64,000 bases of DNA from Clostridia bacterium (GTDB lineage: Bacteria; Bacillota; Clostridia; Oscillospirales; CAG-272), in NCBI GenBank assembly GCA_017631085.1, contig JAGBTY010000017.1, forward strand, positions 77,448 through 141,447, written 5' to 3'. Positions 59,193 through 64,000 of this stretch are shown in pieces. Numbering within the stretch: the stretch's first letter is position 1; each line of letters starts with the position of its first letter. Under the pieces are notes generated by a model. The model made no database searches. It was not told the DNA's origin and saw only the letters and a list, made by a program, of their open reading frames with translations. A program made the translations under genes and the position numbers.

Positions 59193-61412
59193 ATGGAAAA
59201 AACCGAAAAGGAAATAAACAATAACGCCACGGAACCGAAAACAGAAAAAGAAAAGAGCCCACTATCTTTTGTTGGCAGAGGATTGCTATATACAGGAGCG
59301 GGGCTTTTGCTGGGAACGGCAGAGGTTGGTTTTTCAGCCGCACCTCTCGGCATGTCGCTTCTTTGTGCATCAGGTGTGGGAAATATACTTTTTGTTCTTC
59401 TCGGACTTTGCGTTGCCGTGCTTGAAACTTCAGCACCTCTGGTATATGTTACTTCATATGGCATTGCATTTTTGTTAAGACTTCTCGTATGTCTCAGTTT
59501 TTATACTCCCAACAAGGTGGGAGATGAAAGAGAAAACAGACTTGGAGATGCGCTTCCGTTTCTATTTGATGAAAGCGTGGCATGGCGCGCTCTTGCGGCT
59601 GCAATAGGTGGCTTTCTTATTGGATTTTACAGACTTGTTACAGGCGGTTTTCTGTATTACGACGTCTATTCCACTCTTGTTTTTTCTCTTGGTGGCGCAG
59701 CAGGTTGTATACTTCTTTCGGGACTTTGGCGAAAAAGATACGGCAAGGTTGGAAGTTTTCCGTGGCAGATAGGATATATCTCACTTGTGTCCGCCCTTGT
59801 CTTTTCAAGCAACGATCTGAATATTTACGGTATCTCACTTTCCTGCCTTGTTTGTTTTATGGGAACTCTTATCGCTTCTTACAGATACGGTGTATTTTGC
59901 GGAGTACTCGTGGGACTTGTAGGAGGACTTGTTTTTTCGGTAAGCTACGCCCCTCTATTTGTTTTTGCGGCGCTTACTGCTTCGGTTATCAGAAAAGCAC
60001 CCATAGGTCTCGTTTCATTTGCTTCTTTTTGCGTTGGAATGGGTATAGCTTTTTACGTCAGACGGATAGCGGCTCTCGGTGAAGTAATGGGTGCATTGTT
60101 TACAGCATCGGTCCTTTTTTATATGCTTGTCAAGATCTCGGCAATAAAGATAGCTGAAAAGAGCGATAAAACAGATACGACTGACGAGGTTATTGATACG
60201 GTGTACGAAGATGCTGACAGTGTAAGAGTCGTTAAAGCGGAGAGCTATTGCGATAGGGAATTGCTGGAGAAAAAAAGACTTGAGAGTGTTAGTGAGCGAA
60301 TGAAGAGAATAGGGTATGCTTTTTCTTCGTTGTCGTCGGTAATGAGTGAAATGAACAAACGAATGGGCAAGGTCGGAAACAGAACTTCTGTGCGAACGGG
60401 TATGGATACCCTTGACAGAACCGAGATCTTTGCCGCTGATTACGATGCAATATCGGACCTTTTGGCAGATGCTATGGTGGTTGCAGAAAGTGATTGCGAC
60501 ATATCCCGTGAGTTTGAAGCTCGGATAATGGAAGAAATAGAAAAGGAATTTACAGAGATGGATATTCCCACGGTCGGAGTGTCTGTGTGGGGACAGAGAA
60601 AGAAGGTGGTTTCCTTCAGATGTGCGGAAAATGACTTTTTAAAACAAAACAAAAAAAGTTTTGATAGCATAGTAGAAAGAGTTCTTCCGGAGGTGACCTT
60701 CAAGAGCGAATTTTTAGGAGGTGAAAAGCTGGAATACTGTTGTACCGAAAAAATAAAAATATCCTTTGCTCATAGGATCGTGTCGGCTGCCGCTGAGGAA
60801 GAATATTGTGGTGACAGTGTGGGGGCGCTTTATGATGACGACGACAGATTTTTTGCATTTATCAGCGATGGAATGGGTTCGGGCAGGGAAGCGGCAGTCA
60901 CTTCGGGATACGTATCTTTGTTTTTGTGCAAGCTCTTGGGGGCATCATGCCCGGCAAGCTCGGTAATAAAAATGATAAATTCCTTTTTAAGAGGAAGAAA
61001 TTCGTCCAGCGAAGACGAGTGCTCGGCAACGGTTGACCTTATGGAGCTTGACACTTTAAGCGGAGCGGCAACCTTTTATAAGAGTGGCGCGTCACCCACG
61101 TACGTTTTCAGGAACGGCACGCTTTTCAAATTAAGGGCGAAATCGGCTCCTCTTGGAATACTTCGCGAGATGGGCGCGAGAAAGGTGAGCTTTGAAGTAA
61201 GCGAGGGAGATCTTATCGTTATGGTAAGTGACGGGGTTACGGGTGGAAAAGAGGAATGTCCGAGGCTTTTTGATACTGTGAGAGGTCTTTCAAAAAGCAG
61301 CTCGCCTGAGGACGTTGCAGATGCCATAGTAAAGTATGCAAAAAGTGAAGCGTCATGCGACGATATTTCGGTCATAGCAATACGTGTATCAAGTGAGGCA
61401 AAGGGAGCATAG
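59193..61412 (+). CDS. spoIIE: SpoIIE-like membrane PP2C phosphatase
   Basis: About 10 N-terminal TMs; CGDS, ISDGMGSG, ATVDL, MVSDGV, DDISV. Confidence 0.72.
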   Translation: MEKTEKEINNNATEPKTEKEKSPLSFVGRGLLYTGAGLLLGTAEVGFSAAPLGMSLLCASGVGNILFVLLGLCVAVLETSAPLVYVTSYGIAFLLRLLVCLSFYTPNKVGDERENRLGDALPFLFDESVAWRALAAAIGGFLIGFYRLVTGGFLYYDVYSTLVFSLGGAAGCILLSGLWRKRYGKVGSFPWQIGYISLVSALVFSSNDLNIYGISLSCLVCFMGTLIASYRYGVFCGVLVGLVGGLVFSVSYAPLFVFAALTASVIRKAPIGLVSFASFCVGMGIAFYVRRIAALGEVMGALFTASVLFYMLVKISAIKIAEKSDKTDTTDEVIDTVYEDADSVRVVKAESYCDRELLEKKRLESVSERMKRIGYAFSSLSSVMSEMNKRMGKVGNRTSVRTGMDTLDRTEIFAADYDAISDLLADAMVVAESDCDISREFEARIMEEIEKEFTEMDIPTVGVSVWGQRKKVVSFRCAENDFLKQNKKSFDSIVERVLPEVTFKSEFLGGEKLEYCCTEKIKISFAHRIVSAAAEEEYCGDSVGALYDDDDRFFAFISDGMGSGREAAVTSGYVSLFLCKLLGASCPASSVIKMINSFLRGRNSSSEDECSATVDLMELDTLSGAATFYKSGASPTYVFRNGTLFKLRAKSAPLGILREMGARKVSFEVSEGDLIVMVSDGVTGGKEECPRLFDTVRGLSKSSSPEDVADAIVKYAKSEASCDDISVIAIRVSSEAKGA

Positions 61413-61488
61413 TGTTTCTTCCGTGAGAAACTTTAAATATTGGTGTGATTTAAATTATTAAAAGGGCAGGATATCCTGCCCTTTTGGT

Positions 61489-61692
61489 TTATTCCGAGTA
61501 TTCGGAAACATCTATTTTCTTAAGCTCTGCGTCGGGTATCTTTCCCTTGGTCTTTTCGTAATACGCTACGTTATTGCGAAGCATAAACGAAAACTGTGCG
61601 TCCGGCGATCTGTTATCTGCCTCCGAGACGTAAAGGAATTTTTTCAAAAGGTCTTCCGACACTCTAAGGGTTATTTTACAGTTTTGTTTCAT
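61489..61692 (-). CDS. Small ribbon-helix-helix-like protein
   Basis: KITLRVSEDLLKKF..ADNRS pattern; 67 aa with RBS. Confidence 0.65.
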   Translation of the reverse strand: MKQNCKITLRVSEDLLKKFLYVSEADNRSPDAQFSFMLRNNVAYYEKTKGKIPDAELKKIDVSEYSE

Positions 61693-61704
61693 TTTCGTTC
61701 TCTC

Positions 61705-62850
61705 TTATTTCTTCCTTTTGCCGTTCTTGTTAGTATTATCTTTTTTTACGACCGTCTGGTTGGTCTTTTTCTTGTCGGAGCGAACGAGAAGTATTGCCGC
61801 AACTACTATTGCCGCGATAACGACACCAAGAATAACTACCGAGACTATAAGCATGGTCTTTGAAGGCTCCTCTTCCTGCTCTCCATCGTCGGTGGTCTCC
61901 GTATCGGTTGTCGCTTCACTCTCTGTCTCGGTCTCCTCTTCCTCTGCTGCGTCCTTGGTATAGGTTACGTTGACGGTTATGTCCTCACCCTCCATCATTC
62001 CGCTGACGGTCAGTCGGTCTGCCGTATATCCCTCTATCTTAGGAGATACGACCTTATATCTTTCACCGTATGACAGCCCTTCTTCGACGACGGTGTCCTC
62101 AATAGCTTTCCCATCTTCGTCAACGTAATTGACGGTAAGAGTTGCTTTTGCGTCGGCAGATTTTGTAAGCTTCGCGGAAGAATAGTCCATTTCTGCGCCC
62201 TCAAATGCGTTATCGGCAATCTTATCCTCGACGATTCCCGCATTGAATGTCAGCTTTTCAAGAGAAGAACAGTTTTTGAAGCACCAATCACCTATACTTT
62301 CTACGTTTCCGAGAATGAGAGCAGTCTCAAGAGACGAGCAGTATGCGAATGCTCTCTCTCCGAGCTCTGTAACAGTAGTGGGTAACATTATTGCTTCAAG
62401 TGATGCGCAACCCTCAAAGGCAGAGTCGCCGACCGATGTTACGCCAAGCGGTACTTCGAAAGAATCGAGTTTTTTGCAGAATGCAAATGCACAGTCTCCA
62501 ATTGCTGTAATTCCTTCGGGAAGGTCAATGTCGGTAAGCTCGGGCATATAGTAGAAGGCATAGTCACCTATATAGGTAACATCATCAGATATTTTTACCT
62601 TTTTGACGCTATGTCTCACCTCAGCCCACGGAACATCTTCGGAGCTGTCGCTGTCGGGTATCTCTCCCTCTCCTATTATGGTAAGGGTATTATCGTCCTT
62701 TGTGTATTTCCATTCAAGGTCGCCTGCCTCTCCCTCGGCGTCCTTTGCCGCGGGGAGTCCGCCTGCCGCACATGATGCCATTGAAAGCACCATGATAAGC
62801 ACCAAGGCTATTCCTAAAATCTTTTTCATTGTTCCATTTGCTTTTTTCAT
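61705..62850 (-). CDS. BspA-type LRR protein with MucBP-like domain, lipobox-like N-terminus and C-terminal TM
   Basis: LSMASC, repeats IGDYAF/IGDCAF/VGDSAF, LTVNYVDEDG..SPKIEGYT, acidic linker, TM plus basic tail. Confidence 0.85.
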   Translation of the reverse strand: MKKANGTMKKILGIALVLIMVLSMASCAAGGLPAAKDAEGEAGDLEWKYTKDDNTLTIIGEGEIPDSDSSEDVPWAEVRHSVKKVKISDDVTYIGDYAFYYMPELTDIDLPEGITAIGDCAFAFCKKLDSFEVPLGVTSVGDSAFEGCASLEAIMLPTTVTELGERAFAYCSSLETALILGNVESIGDWCFKNCSSLEKLTFNAGIVEDKIADNAFEGAEMDYSSAKLTKSADAKATLTVNYVDEDGKAIEDTVVEEGLSYGERYKVVSPKIEGYTADRLTVSGMMEGEDITVNVTYTKDAAEEEETETESEATTDTETTDDGEQEEEPSKTMLIVSVVILGVVIAAIVVAAILLVRSDKKKTNQTVVKKDNTNKNGKRKK

Positions 62851-62943
62851 TTCTTTTCCTCCGAAAACTTCCAAATTATTTTGTTGCAATTTTTTTACGT
62901 AATAAACGGGGTAGCGTTTTTTTACACGTGTTGATGTATTACA

Positions 62944-63750
62944 TCAATATTCTATATCCGAACGGGATATTGTGGAGATAAATCCCGATCCTGTAAATAT
63001 TTTATATCCGAATATCTTCGCCCCGGTTCCCGTAGCCTCTGTTCTTCCGTCAGGGAGCTTCAAGTCGGTCATTTTGGGGGCGGGGTTCATGATCACTGCA
63101 AGTTCACATTTATCCGAAAAGCCGTCAGGTAACGAGAAAGAAAAAAATTTCTCACGTCTTCTTGGGGACGGTATGCCGTATGCCTCTTTGATGCGATTCG
63201 GTGTAAGACCTTTAAAAAAGGTTATCCGCTCGGGTGTGTCAAACTGTATAAGACGGTCTCTCGTGGGGGAGGTAAGATATTTGCATATCCATGTTTTGTT
63301 GCTTGTTTTGACCGTAAAGTCATATGTTCCTTTTTTATAGAAAAACGAAGCAAAAAAATTTCTGCGAAATTTTAACTCGAAGTGTTTTTCGCGGCATAGT
63401 TTTTTTAAACGTTTTATAAATTTCCTTCGCTTAAGGAGTACTCTTACGGGAACGAAAAGAAGTGGTACGAGGACCACCGTAGCGAACAGTACCTTTCCAA
63501 ACTCGGTAGCTACCGCTATCAGAAAAAGCCCAAACAAAAGTACACCTACGGGAAGTCCGATGATAAAAGTAGTGGCAATCGCCAGAAGCACCTTTTTCAC
63601 CCGCTCCGCTGCGGGATAAACTTTCTTTGTTACGCCGTATGCACGGTACATGGGAGTTCCTTCCTCATGTATCTTTACCCTCTTTTTTGGCTTTTGTGTC
63701 CTTTCGGCGTCACTATCTCTGCCGACCTTGTATTTATCGTAGTTTGCCAT
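62944..63750 (-). CDS. Hypothetical membrane protein
   Basis: 268 aa ORF, two TM helices, RBS AAGGAG. Confidence 0.7.
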   Translation of the reverse strand: MANYDKYKVGRDSDAERTQKPKKRVKIHEEGTPMYRAYGVTKKVYPAAERVKKVLLAIATTFIIGLPVGVLLFGLFLIAVATEFGKVLFATVVLVPLLFVPVRVLLKRRKFIKRLKKLCREKHFELKFRRNFFASFFYKKGTYDFTVKTSNKTWICKYLTSPTRDRLIQFDTPERITFFKGLTPNRIKEAYGIPSPRRREKFFSFSLPDGFSDKCELAVIMNPAPKMTDLKLPDGRTEATGTGAKIFGYKIFTGSGFISTISRSDIEY

Positions 63751-63900
63751 AGAACGCTCCTTGATTTATACATTAATATATTATAGCACAACAAAACTGC
63801 AATGTCAATAGAAGTGCATCCTAAAGGGAGCTTTAATGAGCGGTATTCACCAAGTTTTTGTCGTTTTGTTTTTGTTTAAAACAGAAAGGCGATGTGATCC

Positions 63901-63999
63901 TCACATCGCCTTAAATATTGTATTTGAAGCTTTTTTTATTTCGTCGGAGCTGAACCCTCGCCTCAAGAGAGAAGAGTATAGCTTTTTTAATTCGTCCGA
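63901..63999 (-). CDS. recX: C-terminus of probable RecX (partial, runs off window)
   Basis: Reads SDELKKLYSSLLRRGFSSDEIKKASNTIFKAM*, matching the RecX C-terminal RRGF pattern; only 32 aa visible. Confidence 0.6.
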   Translation of the reverse strand, partial: SDELKKLYSSLLRRGFSSDEIKKASNTIFKAM

Positions 64000-64000
64000 G

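Overview
Chromosomal segment of a low-GC, spore-forming Clostridia-like bacterium, inferred from abrB, ylbJ, yqfC-yqfD, a spoIIE-like gene, an IspH-S1 fusion and an SLH protein. Most of it is core genes: rnj, cmk-plsC-ispH/rpsA, ftsK, thiI, phoH-ybeY-era-recO-mutS2-prs and rlmH, plus tRNA-Arg(ACG), tRNA-Glu(CTC) and a 6S-like RNA. The most unusual locus is 35.0-39.1 kb. A P-type (Ca2+-like) ATPase gene with a sigmaE-like promoter stops exactly at its PEG motif. It abuts an intact large serine recombinase, an ImmA-like protease, an XRE repressor and a face-to-face promoter switch with three operators. No 3' half of the ATPase and no phage or conjugation genes are visible, so this is a candidate skin-like gene-reassembly element. 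Other highlights: a DnaA-box cluster at a gene-orientation switch with no dnaA nearby, structured mini-elements duplicating the 3' ends of both tRNAs, an orphan sRNA among GTAG-type REP repeats, a degenerate PTS enzyme I homolog, a repeat/Zn-finger DEDDh exonuclease, and an Antigen I/II-like surface protein. All calls come from reading the sequence; no searches were run.
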